From positions 9,025-73,024 of IMG/VR virus record IMGVR_UViG_3300024262_000026: DNA of 64,000 nucleotides; one strand, given 5' to 3'. The stretch is from a virus. Each line of letters starts with the position of its first letter. Position 1 is the stretch's first letter. This document shows, piece after piece, positions 1 to 10,053 of the stretch. Under the pieces are notes generated by a model. The model did no database searches. It was given only the letters and a program-made list of their open reading frames with translations, and was not told the DNA's origin. A program made the translations under genes and the position numbers.

Positions 1-1
1 A

Positions 2-487
2 CATCCAGGAAATTTCACATTTCAAATTTGGCAACCATTCACGGCTATGTGGATGCATGGAGGATTTATTCACTTAGCGATCAATATGTTCGTTTTATGG
101 TCATTCGGCAGAACAATGCAATCAATTTGGGGTGATAAAAAATTCTTACTATTATACGTTCTTAGTGGATTAGGTGGTGGTTTATTGATGTTGATGTTTA
201 GTTCAATATATGCTTATCCCGTAGGTGTTGGGGCATCAGGTGCTATTTGCGGATTAATGGGCGCAATGGTTGTTCTTCAGCCTGATTCTAAAGTACTATT
301 ATTTTTCTTTATACCTGTAAAAATTAAACCTATGGTAATATGGTTTGGAGTTATATCATTAGTATTAGCAGTAACTAATTTCAATTTTGGAATTGGAAAT
401 GCGGCTCACCTTGGTGGACTTATTGTAGGATATTTACTCACAAGATATTGGAAAGAAAAAAGTAACTTATATACAACTTTTATTTAA
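2..487 (+). CDS. Rhomboid-family intramembrane serine protease (5' end outside window)
   Basis: Frame open from base 2 (HPGNFTFQIWQPFTAMWMHGG); HxxxN, catalytic GASG and AHLGG motifs; hydrophobic helices. Confidence 0.9.
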   Translation, partial: HPGNFTFQIWQPFTAMWMHGGFIHLAINMFVLWSFGRTMQSIWGDKKFLLLYVLSGLGGGLLMLMFSSIYAYPVGVGASGAICGLMGAMVVLQPDSKVLLFFFIPVKIKPMVIWFGVISLVLAVTNFNFGIGNAAHLGGLIVGYLLTRYWKEKSNLYTTFI

Positions 488-511
488 AAATATATTAAAA
501 ACATAGAGAAA

Positions 512-802
512 ATGAAGAAAATTATTTTATTAATATTAGTAATGTTTATTGGAATATCTGCTTACTCCCAAAAGAAAACTGTTGAAATTCCAAAACAAGA
601 CACATCTTTATTGTATATTGCAGATAGTTTAAATAGTGTTGGTGAAAACGTTAAATTAATTGGTGAAGAATTATATAAGGATTATGATGAATTTGGGTTT
701 GTTGGTTTTGTAAGAGTTTACAAATATTTCATACTTACTGCATTATTACTCATAGCACTCACTCTACTTTGGTTTAGAAATCGATATAATAACGAAGATT
801 AA
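512..802 (+). CDS. Small membrane protein with signal peptide
   Basis: MKKIILLILVMFIGISAYSQ Bacteroidota-style signal peptide and C-terminal TM helix. Confidence 0.65.
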   Translation: MKKIILLILVMFIGISAYSQKKTVEIPKQDTSLLYIADSLNSVGENVKLIGEELYKDYDEFGFVGFVRVYKYFILTALLLIALTLLWFRNRYNNED

Positions 803-836
803 ACTAAAAATAATTTTTTTGTATTAAAATAAATTG

Positions 837-844
837 TATTTTTG
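837..844 (+). promoter_or_regulatory. Bacteroidota-type -7 promoter element (TAnnTTTG)
   Basis: TATTTTTG about 32 nt upstream of the 877 start; the same motif recurs before six other genes. Confidence 0.65.
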
Positions 845-876
845 CATTAGTAAAAAATTAAACTTAAAATAAAATT

Positions 877-2619
877 ATGAGTTCATACTTGAAAAATATT
901 ATGCCAAACAGGATGCATCAGAAACTAACAGACGCAGTTGTTGCTATGATGGCGACTGGTGACCTTCCTTACTATGGCGAATTTGCACTTTTTATCAATT
1001 TCTATGAAATCAATAATCCACAAGTACCTACTGCTGGTGTCAATGTTACTGCAAAAGGTATGAATTTTTATTGGAACAAAGATTTCATTGATGGTATGAA
1101 ACAACCTGAAGTGAATTTCTTATTAATTCACGAAGAATTTCACCTTCTTTTTGATCACGTCAAAAGAAGTGTTGGTTACGATCAAAGAATGGCAAATATT
1201 GCCCAGGATATGATTATCAACCAAATCATTCACGATGAAATTATGAAACAACAAGGACTTGGTGCCGCAGGAACAGGTGTTGGACAAGATCCTTTCTTAG
1301 ATATTCCAAAAGACCATTTCAAAAATAACTCCGCACTTATGATTCCAAAAGAATACAAGGGTGAACCAATCTTTGAAGAACTTTACGAATGGCTTATTAA
1401 CGAACAAAAGAAATGGCGTAAGAAAAACCAGGACAAACTCAAAGATATGAGAAGTAATCAGAGTAAATGTCCTAAATGTGGAAAAGGAATGGAAGACAAG
1501 AACCAAAAAGGTGAAGGTCAAGATGGTGACGGAAACGCATCTGGAAAAGAGGATAAAGAAGAAAAAGACGGTAAAGGAAACGCTGAAGGTAAAGGTAAAG
1601 GTGACAAATCTGATGACCAAAATCAGCAAGGTGGTTCAGGTGACGGCAAAGGTGACAAATCTGATGAAAAAAACCAAGGTGATGGTGGAGGTTCAGGTGA
1701 CGAACAATCCGATGACCAAAGTCAAGGTAGTGGTTCAGGTTCAGGCTCAGGTGATGGTGGTGAACAAGAAAACGACCCAAACACTTGTCCTCATTGCGGA
1801 CACAAAAAATCTGCAAAAGAACAACAAGAATCACGTAACGGTGATAAAGACACAGAAGGAAAAGATAGATATGGTAAATATGGTAAAAATGATGTAGAAT
1901 GTTACTCAAAGGAAACTATATTTGAAGGTGAAGAGAGAAATGAACAAAATACTCTTGACACTCATATTAGTGATGAAGTTCCACCTGAAATGAAACGTGA
2001 AGTTGTTGAAGGTGTTATGCAGACTTTGAAAAATCGTGGATTATCAAGTGGTGAAATTGAAACCATCTTGAACAAACTTAGAAAAACACGAAAAGATTAC
2101 TTAAAAGAAATCAAAAGAACTATGAGTAATCACGTTTTTGGAACAAAAAAACAAAAAACTATTGTTCGTCCAAACAGGCGTGGTATTCAAGGTTTAAAAG
2201 GACACAAAAAATACAGAAACGAAATTAATTGTATCTTAGATACATCAGGTTCTATGGGTGGTGAATTTGAAAAAGTTCTTTCTTACATTTTCCAAAATGA
2301 TATTGAAATAAACCTTATTCAAATTGATGCACAAGTTCAAGATGTTATTAAAATTAAAGAAAAGAGAGAACTTGAAAGAATGAGAATCCGTGGTCTCGGT
2401 GGAACAATTTTACAACCAGCAATTGACTTTATGACTGACCCAAAAAATAAGATTTACAAAAACAATACTGTAATTCTTACTGATGGATATACAGATAGTT
2501 TGAATTTTAAAAATGTCAAAGGTCAAACATTAATACTTTCAACCGCCAGCAAGTGTCCTATAACTTTTGATAATGGAAGAGTCAAACAGATAGTAGATAT
2601 AGGTAAACAAGAAGATTAA
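877..2619 (+). CDS. DUF2201-like HExxH metallopeptidase-like domain + vWA domain protein (MoxR partner)
   Basis: TAGV...LLIHEEFH...NIAQDMIIN N-terminal domain; G/D/K-rich linker; vWA MIDAS DTSGS, GGT, ILTDGY. Confidence 0.85.
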   Translation: MSSYLKNIMPNRMHQKLTDAVVAMMATGDLPYYGEFALFINFYEINNPQVPTAGVNVTAKGMNFYWNKDFIDGMKQPEVNFLLIHEEFHLLFDHVKRSVGYDQRMANIAQDMIINQIIHDEIMKQQGLGAAGTGVGQDPFLDIPKDHFKNNSALMIPKEYKGEPIFEELYEWLINEQKKWRKKNQDKLKDMRSNQSKCPKCGKGMEDKNQKGEGQDGDGNASGKEDKEEKDGKGNAEGKGKGDKSDDQNQQGGSGDGKGDKSDEKNQGDGGGSGDEQSDDQSQGSGSGSGSGDGGEQENDPNTCPHCGHKKSAKEQQESRNGDKDTEGKDRYGKYGKNDVECYSKETIFEGEERNEQNTLDTHISDEVPPEMKREVVEGVMQTLKNRGLSSGEIETILNKLRKTRKDYLKEIKRTMSNHVFGTKKQKTIVRPNRRGIQGLKGHKKYRNEINCILDTSGSMGGEFEKVLSYIFQNDIEINLIQIDAQVQDVIKIKEKRELERMRIRGLGGTILQPAIDFMTDPKNKIYKNNTVILTDGYTDSLNFKNVKGQTLILSTASKCPITFDNGRVKQIVDIGKQED

Positions 2620-2622
2620 ATG

Positions 2623-2654
2623 AAAAAGTCACATTGTTAGATGTGACTTTTTTT
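2623..2654. terminator. Bidirectional intrinsic terminator
   Basis: AAAAAGTCACAT-loop-ATGTGACTTTTTTT between convergent genes. Confidence 0.85.
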
Positions 2655-2656
2655 AT

Positions 2657-3550
2657 TTATAAAAATTTTAATCTATATTCATTTTCATTTAATGAACCCT
2701 TTTGTGAATTTAATCTATTTTTTGTAAAACATAAATTATCAATATTTGCAATTTGCTCAATATCTAAATTATTAGAAAATCCATAAAAAACGCTAATTTT
2801 ATGATCTAATGTAGGATAATTAACATTCTGTGCTGTTAATGAAAAATTATCTTTTATATATTCACCATCATAATAGTCATAACCATTCCAATCTTTTAAC
2901 ATATCATTTTTTAATCTATCTGAAATATTATCAACTTTTCTTCGGTATAAAAAATATGATTCTAATAAATGATCAGGAATTTGATTACCCCTTTTAATTC
3001 GAGTTTGTTTTCGTTTTTCTTGCTGACTCGATAATTTGCTATCATGCACAACTCCCCAATTTTTTAAATTTGATATGATACCTTTACTTTTAACTTTATC
3101 ACTTTGTTTAGGATTCACAACACCATATTTTTTCAAACAAGTCTTTTTAATTTTATCTTTCACTTCTTGTAATTCCATTTGATGATTAACACCATATTTT
3201 TCGTTAAATGTTTTTTTAATTTTTTCTTTAACAAAATCTGATTGAAATGGATTTTCAACTCCATACTTTATCACACAAACATCTTTAATTTTCTGATTTG
3301 AACAATCTTTATTTAAACATGCATCTTTATTACAAATTTCATTATGTTTTATATAATTCTTATAAATCACACTTAACACCTTCCCACAGTAATCACACTT
3401 AACACTAACCAACACTTTGCTACCTTCACTTAAGTCTTTAATATCGATTTCAAATAATTCTTTAGATGAATTTATATTATATCCCAATTTTTGATAATAT
3501 TTGAATTTTCTTGATCCTGCTTTGATTTTTACTTTTTTACTAATTAACAT
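2657..3550 (-). CDS. Putative HNH-type homing endonuclease with Zn-ribbon and KYGV repeats
   Basis: CDYC...C..C Zn motif; four KYGVxNP/H...KIKKT repeats; C-terminal PTLDHKIS...NIDNL...NSQKG. Confidence 0.65.
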   Translation of the reverse strand: MLISKKVKIKAGSRKFKYYQKLGYNINSSKELFEIDIKDLSEGSKVLVSVKCDYCGKVLSVIYKNYIKHNEICNKDACLNKDCSNQKIKDVCVIKYGVENPFQSDFVKEKIKKTFNEKYGVNHQMELQEVKDKIKKTCLKKYGVVNPKQSDKVKSKGIISNLKNWGVVHDSKLSSQQEKRKQTRIKRGNQIPDHLLESYFLYRRKVDNISDRLKNDMLKDWNGYDYYDGEYIKDNFSLTAQNVNYPTLDHKISVFYGFSNNLDIEQIANIDNLCFTKNRLNSQKGSLNENEYRLKFL

Positions 3551-3656
3551 CTTACTCTATTATTTTCACTTAATCTATATATAAAAATTGTAGTGCCCCC
3601 TAATCACTTTATTTGATATTTTTTTCAACTTTTATTTTTTATATCAATAAAAATAT

Positions 3657-3664
3657 TATCTTTG
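3657..3664 (+). promoter_or_regulatory. Bacteroidota-type -7 promoter element
   Basis: TATCTTTG upstream of 3687. Confidence 0.7.
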
Positions 3665-3686
3665 TACAAATTATAAAAGAAAAAAA

Positions 3687-5675
3687 ATGAGTAGAAAAGA
3701 CGATTTATTAAAATTATTCTCACAGAATACAAATTATTATTTTCATATTATTCCAAATGAACTTGGACAACTGATATATGTAAGTCAAGAAAAAGATGAA
3801 TATACTACCGAAGGATTAGAATTCAAACTCAACTCTATCATTGAAGGATTTCTCAATAAATCTGAAGAAATTAAATTCAAAAAAGTTGCACCATCAATAT
3901 ACTTCACAAAAGAAACAAATATTGAAAAATTGAAATATGAACTTGGTGAGGATATGATGGAAGATGCTAATTTTTCATCATTCATTGAAGATATTAAAGA
4001 TGAATACAGGGCTCTTGAAGTTGAAGATTTTCTTCTTTATGAAAAAGATCCTGATGCATATGAAAAGAAAAAAGAAGAAGAATATAAACAACAACAACTT
4101 GAAACTTGGGAAAGATATAAAAAACAATCCGAAGAACAAGAAAGAATTAAAAGAACCGCAATTAAAGAATATGATAATGATTTAGTAAAATTGTTCAAAG
4201 ATAATCTTACTCACGACATTATAAAAAAAGATAAAAAATGGAATTTAAAAAATCCATTTTCTCAAATAGTATATTCGATTCTTACAAATGATGAAGAACA
4301 AGGAAAAATGTGGCCGATGCGTGAAAATCAATCAATTACAGGTAATGAAAAATTTGAACCAATCTCCATTGATGGGAATTTGATGTCAATTTTACTTTCC
4401 GATAGAATGTCTGATACATATATCGTAAATTTTAAACTTAATGGTCCTGTTCTTGATATTGATAGTGTTGTAGGTCCTGTCGAATCTGACACCAAACATA
4501 TGTCAGACTATGATTTCCTTATGAAAATTTTTGATTTTGACATTACACCTAATTTTATTGATTGGAAAAATATGTACGAAAATGAAAAATTGGACGCAGT
4601 TGTTGATGAAATAATTAGACTTCATAATGAAGAAAAAGAACAAAAAGAGAAAGAAAAAAATGAAGTTGTAAATTCTTCTATTGCTAAGGCTTTCTTTATA
4701 ATTGATAAATATGAAGTACAAATTGGTGAGATACCTGGTATTATTGGAGAAAATATTTCAGATGAATTATTCAAAATTGTTGAGGATAAAGTAACTGAAT
4801 TAGAAATTGAGTTTAAAAGAGGTGATTGGTTAAATAACAATATCGAATTTATTGAAACTATTACTTATAATCAAGTTGAAAAAATTTATAAACATCTTAT
4901 CGAAAATGGATATATGTTAGATACATATAGACAAGAAACTGAATTTCCTTTTATGGATTTGAGAAAACCAGATACATCACAATACACTATTTATGTTGGA
5001 TGGGAAGATTCAGATGAACAATATGGTGATGGTGGCTATTATGATGATGAATTTTCTTTCAATATTTACACCTCTCACACAACAGATGTTGTGTATGATC
5101 AACCTGTTAAATGGATAGATCAAAGAATATCCCAACTCTTAAAACCATTGAATGGTGGGGATTTTTATATTGATTTTGGAGCCGCTGAAAATTTACATTC
5201 GGTAACAGTTAAAAACGCATCAAAAGGTAATTTGAAATTAAGAGTGAAAAATTTTATAAGTCAAATGGAAGACTTAGTCGATTCTACCGAAGGATTTGAA
5301 TGGTATAATGAAAATCCAACATATAATGGTAATAATAATAACAACACCAATAAGAATTTAAGCAATATGAATACTAATGATTATATGTTTGGTGTTTGTA
5401 TACCACCTCAGGTTGGTGATATGGAACCTCCAGCAATCGCAATGGTGACAAAGAATTTTTACATGAATAATGGTGGAGGTTTGGATGATTCTTTTGGCTC
5501 ACATAGTTTACCTAAAAATATTATAGATGCTCTAAATAGAGCAGGTATTTGTGGTGATGTTGAATTAATGGAATCAATATGGGAAGTAATAGATTACTCT
5601 AGAACTAAACAAGATATAATTAATAGTCTAGTAAAAGAAGGATTTGTTTATAGCCCAGATATGGATTCATTTTAA
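3687..5675 (+). CDS. Large acidic hypothetical protein
   Basis: 662-aa ORF with coiled-coil patches and an Asn-rich linker; lies between the vWA and AAA+ genes. Confidence 0.75.
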   Translation: MSRKDDLLKLFSQNTNYYFHIIPNELGQLIYVSQEKDEYTTEGLEFKLNSIIEGFLNKSEEIKFKKVAPSIYFTKETNIEKLKYELGEDMMEDANFSSFIEDIKDEYRALEVEDFLLYEKDPDAYEKKKEEEYKQQQLETWERYKKQSEEQERIKRTAIKEYDNDLVKLFKDNLTHDIIKKDKKWNLKNPFSQIVYSILTNDEEQGKMWPMRENQSITGNEKFEPISIDGNLMSILLSDRMSDTYIVNFKLNGPVLDIDSVVGPVESDTKHMSDYDFLMKIFDFDITPNFIDWKNMYENEKLDAVVDEIIRLHNEEKEQKEKEKNEVVNSSIAKAFFIIDKYEVQIGEIPGIIGENISDELFKIVEDKVTELEIEFKRGDWLNNNIEFIETITYNQVEKIYKHLIENGYMLDTYRQETEFPFMDLRKPDTSQYTIYVGWEDSDEQYGDGGYYDDEFSFNIYTSHTTDVVYDQPVKWIDQRISQLLKPLNGGDFYIDFGAAENLHSVTVKNASKGNLKLRVKNFISQMEDLVDSTEGFEWYNENPTYNGNNNNNTNKNLSNMNTNDYMFGVCIPPQVGDMEPPAIAMVTKNFYMNNGGGLDDSFGSHSLPKNIIDALNRAGICGDVELMESIWEVIDYSRTKQDIINSLVKEGFVYSPDMDSF

Positions 5676-5714
5676 TAAAATTGAAAATAAATTTTTTTAT
5701 TAGAAAAACTTCCA

Positions 5715-5722
5715 TACTTTTG
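5715..5722 (+). promoter_or_regulatory. Bacteroidota-type -7 promoter element
   Basis: TACTTTTG upstream of 5762. Confidence 0.7.
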
Positions 5723-5761
5723 TAAAACGAAATTAATAAATAATAAATAGAAAATAATAAT

Positions 5762-7090
5762 ATGGCACAGAAAATGGCTCAACCAAAAAGAAAGATTACT
5801 GACAATCCAGCCGCTCTTAAAGGTTTTGAAAAACTATCAGAAAGAGAACAAAGATATTTCAGAGTTATGTACTCCAAGTCTGGTGTACTTTTTATCACAT
5901 CACCTCCAGGTATCGCAAAATCCGCTGTTGCAAGGTCAATCGCCCGCAAATTAGGTATGCAGTATTTCGATATTCGTTTATCTATGGTTGATGAAACCGA
6001 TGTTGGTTTGTTCCCTGTTGTTGATACTGTTACAATTGAAGATTTTGATAGTATTGATGGTTTTGGTAAAGGTATGATTAGTTCTGTTGATCCTAATCAA
6101 AAGAAAACCGTCCAAGTAAAAACTTTGAAGCATGTCGTTCCAGAATGGGCTATCAAAGCCAATATGAAACCAACACTTATTCACTTTGAAGAGTTAAACC
6201 GTTCAACACTTCAAGTAAGAAATGCCGCACTTCAGTTGCTTCTTGAACGTGAAATTGGTGCTTTCTTCAAATTTAACGATTCAGTATTTATGATGTCCTC
6301 AGGTAACCTTGGAGAAGAAGATGGTACTGATGTTGAAGAATTTGACCAGGCTTTGAATAACCGTCTTATTCACTATACTCACGATATGCCTTTCCCAGAA
6401 TGGAAAAAAGAATTCGCTGATGAAAATGTTCACCCAGTTGTTGTAGGTTTCCTTCGTGCCAATGCACAATATTACTACAAGAAACCTGATGAAAGAACTC
6501 AAAACAACAAGGCTTACGCAACTCCACGTTCTTGGACTTTCCTTTCTGATTATATCTTTGCCAACTATGGTGAATGGGAAGAAAAACTTGATATGGATAG
6601 CAATGTTGTGAAAGATGAAAAAGGCAATTCTGTTATGATTCGTAGATTTCCTCACCCAAATGTATGGTTGAATGATATTCAGCACATTGGACACTCTTTC
6701 GTTGGAGCACCTAACGCAAGATTCTTAAGATATGTACAAGATACGTTGAAAATATCTCTTATTGATGTTCTTGATAGATTTGATGAAATTGAAGATGATA
6801 TCAAAGAATTCACCCGTGATAAGAAATCTGAACTTCTTACCAATATGAAAGAAAAGAAAGTTGCTGATTTGAAATCACATCAAGTTGATAACCTTGTTAA
6901 GTTCCTTATGACTGTATCTGATGATGAAGTTGTAGGTTACGTTCTCCACGTACTTGATATGGAATACAACTTGTCTGACAACACCAAACCTAACAAAATG
7001 TCCGAGAAATTCTTGGCTGATAAGAGGTTTGAAAGATTCCGTGCCACCATCTACGGTCACGTTGATGATGATAAGAATAAAAAGAAATAA
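5762..7090 (+). CDS. MoxR/dynein-related AAA+ ATPase
   Basis: Walker A SPPGIAKS, DIRLS, Walker B IHFEELNR, GN sensor, ALNNRL, ATPRSW. Confidence 0.88.
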   Translation: MAQKMAQPKRKITDNPAALKGFEKLSEREQRYFRVMYSKSGVLFITSPPGIAKSAVARSIARKLGMQYFDIRLSMVDETDVGLFPVVDTVTIEDFDSIDGFGKGMISSVDPNQKKTVQVKTLKHVVPEWAIKANMKPTLIHFEELNRSTLQVRNAALQLLLEREIGAFFKFNDSVFMMSSGNLGEEDGTDVEEFDQALNNRLIHYTHDMPFPEWKKEFADENVHPVVVGFLRANAQYYYKKPDERTQNNKAYATPRSWTFLSDYIFANYGEWEEKLDMDSNVVKDEKGNSVMIRRFPHPNVWLNDIQHIGHSFVGAPNARFLRYVQDTLKISLIDVLDRFDEIEDDIKEFTRDKKSELLTNMKEKKVADLKSHQVDNLVKFLMTVSDDEVVGYVLHVLDMEYNLSDNTKPNKMSEKFLADKRFERFRATIYGHVDDDKNKKK

Positions 7091-7122
7091 TACTCTCTCT
7101 TTCTTTTTGGTTAATCCCAACG

Positions 7123-7153
7123 AAAAAAGAGGCTCAATTTTGAGCCTCTTTTT
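7123..7153. terminator. Bidirectional intrinsic terminator
   Basis: AAAAAAGAGGCTCA-loop-TGAGCCTCTTTTT. Confidence 0.8.
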
Positions 7154-7556
7154 CTATTTTATCAAGTTTGATTTTTCTATCCCGTTTTAATAGTTCCTTT
7201 GTTGTAAAACCCCAAGCAATACATCCAAACCGAACATCAGTATCAATATCAGATTTACCTTTTACTGCGGTATCACCATCTATCGATGTAAGAGTTAAAC
7301 CATCTTTACAGATATGATATGCCCATAATGGCATCACTATTAAATTTTCATCCCAAGACGAAAACCCAAGTTCGAATAATTCATCCTTTGTAAACTTTGT
7401 AAAATCAATATCTTGATCTTCACAAAATTTGTCATATGCTTCACGAATTTGTTTAAGCTTAAAATCATCACCCCAACCATCATATTCAAAAGCCTGAGCA
7501 TTTGTCGAAATAATATAATTTTTATAACTGTTTATTTTCTGTACTTCTTCTCTCAC
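7134..7556 (-). CDS. Hypothetical protein with C-terminal RxxKLxxI motif
   Basis: 140-aa ORF; DTDVRFGCIAWG core; ends RKIKLDKIEKEAQN. Confidence 0.75.
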   Translation of the reverse strand: MREEVQKINSYKNYIISTNAQAFEYDGWGDDFKLKQIREAYDKFCEDQDIDFTKFTKDELFELGFSSWDENLIVMPLWAYHICKDGLTLTSIDGDTAVKGKSDIDTDVRFGCIAWGFTTKELLKRDRKIKLDKIEKEAQN

Positions 7557-7562
7557 TAAAAA

Positions 7563-10037
7563 TTAATTATATTTTTGGTAGGACTTTTCTTCCACCAGAG
7601 AACTACCTTTGCTGACATTTATTCTTTTCTTAATATCAGATCTCACATCATTTGTAAAATATACACTTCTTGCAAGTTCTACAAATTCATCATCAAATGT
7701 TTTCTTTCGTTCTTTATCTCTAATATCATCTTCAATTTTCCAAAGTTTTCTATTGATTTCTAATAAATCTTGATAATCATCATCTTCTTCAAAAATATCA
7801 ATTTCATTCTCCATTATTTTCTTAAGTTCATTATATTCTTTTCTGATATTTTTGGTTTTGTTTTCATCCTTTATATTTTCAAGTTTTATCTGTAAAATAG
7901 TAACTTTATCGACTAATTCTCCTTTTGAGTTTGGAATGTTTACTGAATTCTTTTCTAATTCAATTTCTTTTATTGCCTGAATAACTTCAGCAGGTTGAAT
8001 TACTTTTGAACATATAAAATCTTTATCTTGAGGACAATATAACCATTTATGTGTGTCAAATTTTAAAGATGTATCATTCCAACAACCATTACAAACCGAA
8101 TCATTATGAATACGTTTAATATTCTTTTTAAACTCATTCCAAGGCTTTGTAAAGCCTGATATCATAATAGTTGGAGTATTCAACGCCCAAGCCATCCAAG
8201 CCAACCCAGTACTCAGGGTGATTATCATATCCGCATTTTTAATATCGACAATTCTATCCACTAAATCAATATTACCTGTCTTATCAATAAGTCCTCTAAC
8301 TTTTGGTGCCTGATTAAAATGTCCAGAAATTCCAAAACTTTTTTCTCTATCAATTACAACTATTTTATATCCATTATTTTTAAGATAATCAAATACTCGT
8401 TCCCAACCTACAGGATTATTCCAATATTTTAATTGTGCGGTTGATTGTAATGCAATTACAACATATTTACCTCTTATATTTCGTTCCCTTTCAGGTTCAT
8501 CTATTTTACCATCAAGTTCTATCATCGGCAAACCTAAGGCATTTGGTGCAATTAATTGAATTGGCAAATTTCTATAATCAATCATCGATGGATTATCAAA
8601 TCTACTTAAATCCATATCACTTATAGTGAGTGGATAATAATCAATTAAAAATCTCTTTGAAAATGAATATTTATTATCATCTTCTGGTTTAATAAATTTT
8701 AAATTAGGGAACGAATTTATAAAAAGTTGATTCCAAAATGTACTAATATAAACTTTAACGTTGTGTTTCTTTCTATATTCTTCAGCATAAGGAACCCAAG
8801 AAATTGTATCACCTAATGATGTACTACTAATCCTAATATAATGTATCTCATCTTCTTTCTTTATAACCTTTACTTCAAATTCTTCATATTCTGGTAAAAT
8901 TTCAACATCACCGATTTCGAATTTTTCTATATTTTCTATAACTTCTTGTGCCGTAATAGTTTTAGAACAAATAAAATGCTCAAAAGTACCTTTATGTTTA
9001 GGACACCAGTTCCAATCACCTGGATCAAAAGATGCATATTCATCAGGCTTATTCATACAACCGTTACACACATCATCATTATGCAACCTAACACAACCTG
9101 TTAAAAATTCCATAAAAGGTTCTGTAAATCCAGATATCATAATAACTTTAACTTTAAGTGCCCAAGCTAGCCAACTTATCCCTGACGATAATCCTATGAA
9201 AAATTCACAATGTTCTAACAACTTTATTGCTTCATCTAATGAATTATTATCAGGTTTAATAACACCATCTAAAGGTTTATTTCCCATATATTCGCCAGTT
9301 TCTTTACTTAGTGAATACACTAAATATCCTTTTGACTTCAAATAATTAACAACATCTTGCCAACCTGTAGGATTATTCCAATATTTACATTGTGCGGTAG
9401 AATGTTCCGCAATACAAACATATTTTTGTTCTATTTTTCTCTCAGATTTTTCATAATAGATTGGTGAATGTTTTTCTTTCCAATTTTTAATACCCAAAAT
9501 GTCAGCAACAACTTTTTGTAAAGGCTCACCGAATGGTTTAGTTACATTTTTATTTAAATTATTTCCACCATCAAAATATCCCAACTTATAAGAATGAAGA
9601 AAATCATCACTACTTCGGGTATTTGGTTCAAAAAAAATTATATTTGGATATAGATTTTTAAAATATTTATTATAAAATGTTGAACAATAAATTTTATTTA
9701 AATTGTGTTCTATTCTAAATTGTTCTACCATTGGCATCCAACCAATATTATCACCCAACGCTTTACTATCAAAAAATATACAAACATCTTTTTCTTTTAA
9801 ATCTAATTTTTTCTCAAAAACTATCTTATTATTAAATTTTACTCTGATTAACCAGTTAACGTAATATTTTTTATTAGTTTTTGCCCAATGATTGCTTTTC
9901 AAATCTATCTGAAATTCAACATTCTGATTATCCTGATTAACAAAATCAACATTATATGTATTTATACCATTTTTATCATCAGGATCTTTTATATTTAAAT
10001 AAGCACCATCATTAAAAGCATATTCAAAATTTACCAT
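7563..10037 (-). CDS. Tandem autotransporter-type O-heptosyltransferase (two Aah/TibC-like GT domains) + C-terminal DUF6165-like domain
   Basis: Two copies of S-x-x-LGD-x-I-x-W-x-P, STAQxKYWNNPxGW, LSS/TGx(S/A)WxAWAL, MISGFT and CNGC...CP...C; C-terminus GELVDKVTILQIK...LWKIEDDIR...LARSVY...EEKSY. Confidence 0.82.
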   Translation of the reverse strand: MVNFEYAFNDGAYLNIKDPDDKNGINTYNVDFVNQDNQNVEFQIDLKSNHWAKTNKKYYVNWLIRVKFNNKIVFEKKLDLKEKDVCIFFDSKALGDNIGWMPMVEQFRIEHNLNKIYCSTFYNKYFKNLYPNIIFFEPNTRSSDDFLHSYKLGYFDGGNNLNKNVTKPFGEPLQKVVADILGIKNWKEKHSPIYYEKSERKIEQKYVCIAEHSTAQCKYWNNPTGWQDVVNYLKSKGYLVYSLSKETGEYMGNKPLDGVIKPDNNSLDEAIKLLEHCEFFIGLSSGISWLAWALKVKVIMISGFTEPFMEFLTGCVRLHNDDVCNGCMNKPDEYASFDPGDWNWCPKHKGTFEHFICSKTITAQEVIENIEKFEIGDVEILPEYEEFEVKVIKKEDEIHYIRISSTSLGDTISWVPYAEEYRKKHNVKVYISTFWNQLFINSFPNLKFIKPEDDNKYSFSKRFLIDYYPLTISDMDLSRFDNPSMIDYRNLPIQLIAPNALGLPMIELDGKIDEPERERNIRGKYVVIALQSTAQLKYWNNPVGWERVFDYLKNNGYKIVVIDREKSFGISGHFNQAPKVRGLIDKTGNIDLVDRIVDIKNADMIITLSTGLAWMAWALNTPTIMISGFTKPWNEFKKNIKRIHNDSVCNGCWNDTSLKFDTHKWLYCPQDKDFICSKVIQPAEVIQAIKEIELEKNSVNIPNSKGELVDKVTILQIKLENIKDENKTKNIRKEYNELKKIMENEIDIFEEDDDYQDLLEINRKLWKIEDDIRDKERKKTFDDEFVELARSVYFTNDVRSDIKKRINVSKGSSLVEEKSYQKYN

Positions 10038-10053
10038 TTTTTCATTTTATTTT

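Noticed and set aside
1297-1909. Three overlapping ORFs inside the vWA gene
   Set aside because: Artefacts of the low-complexity linker; no motifs or plausible start context
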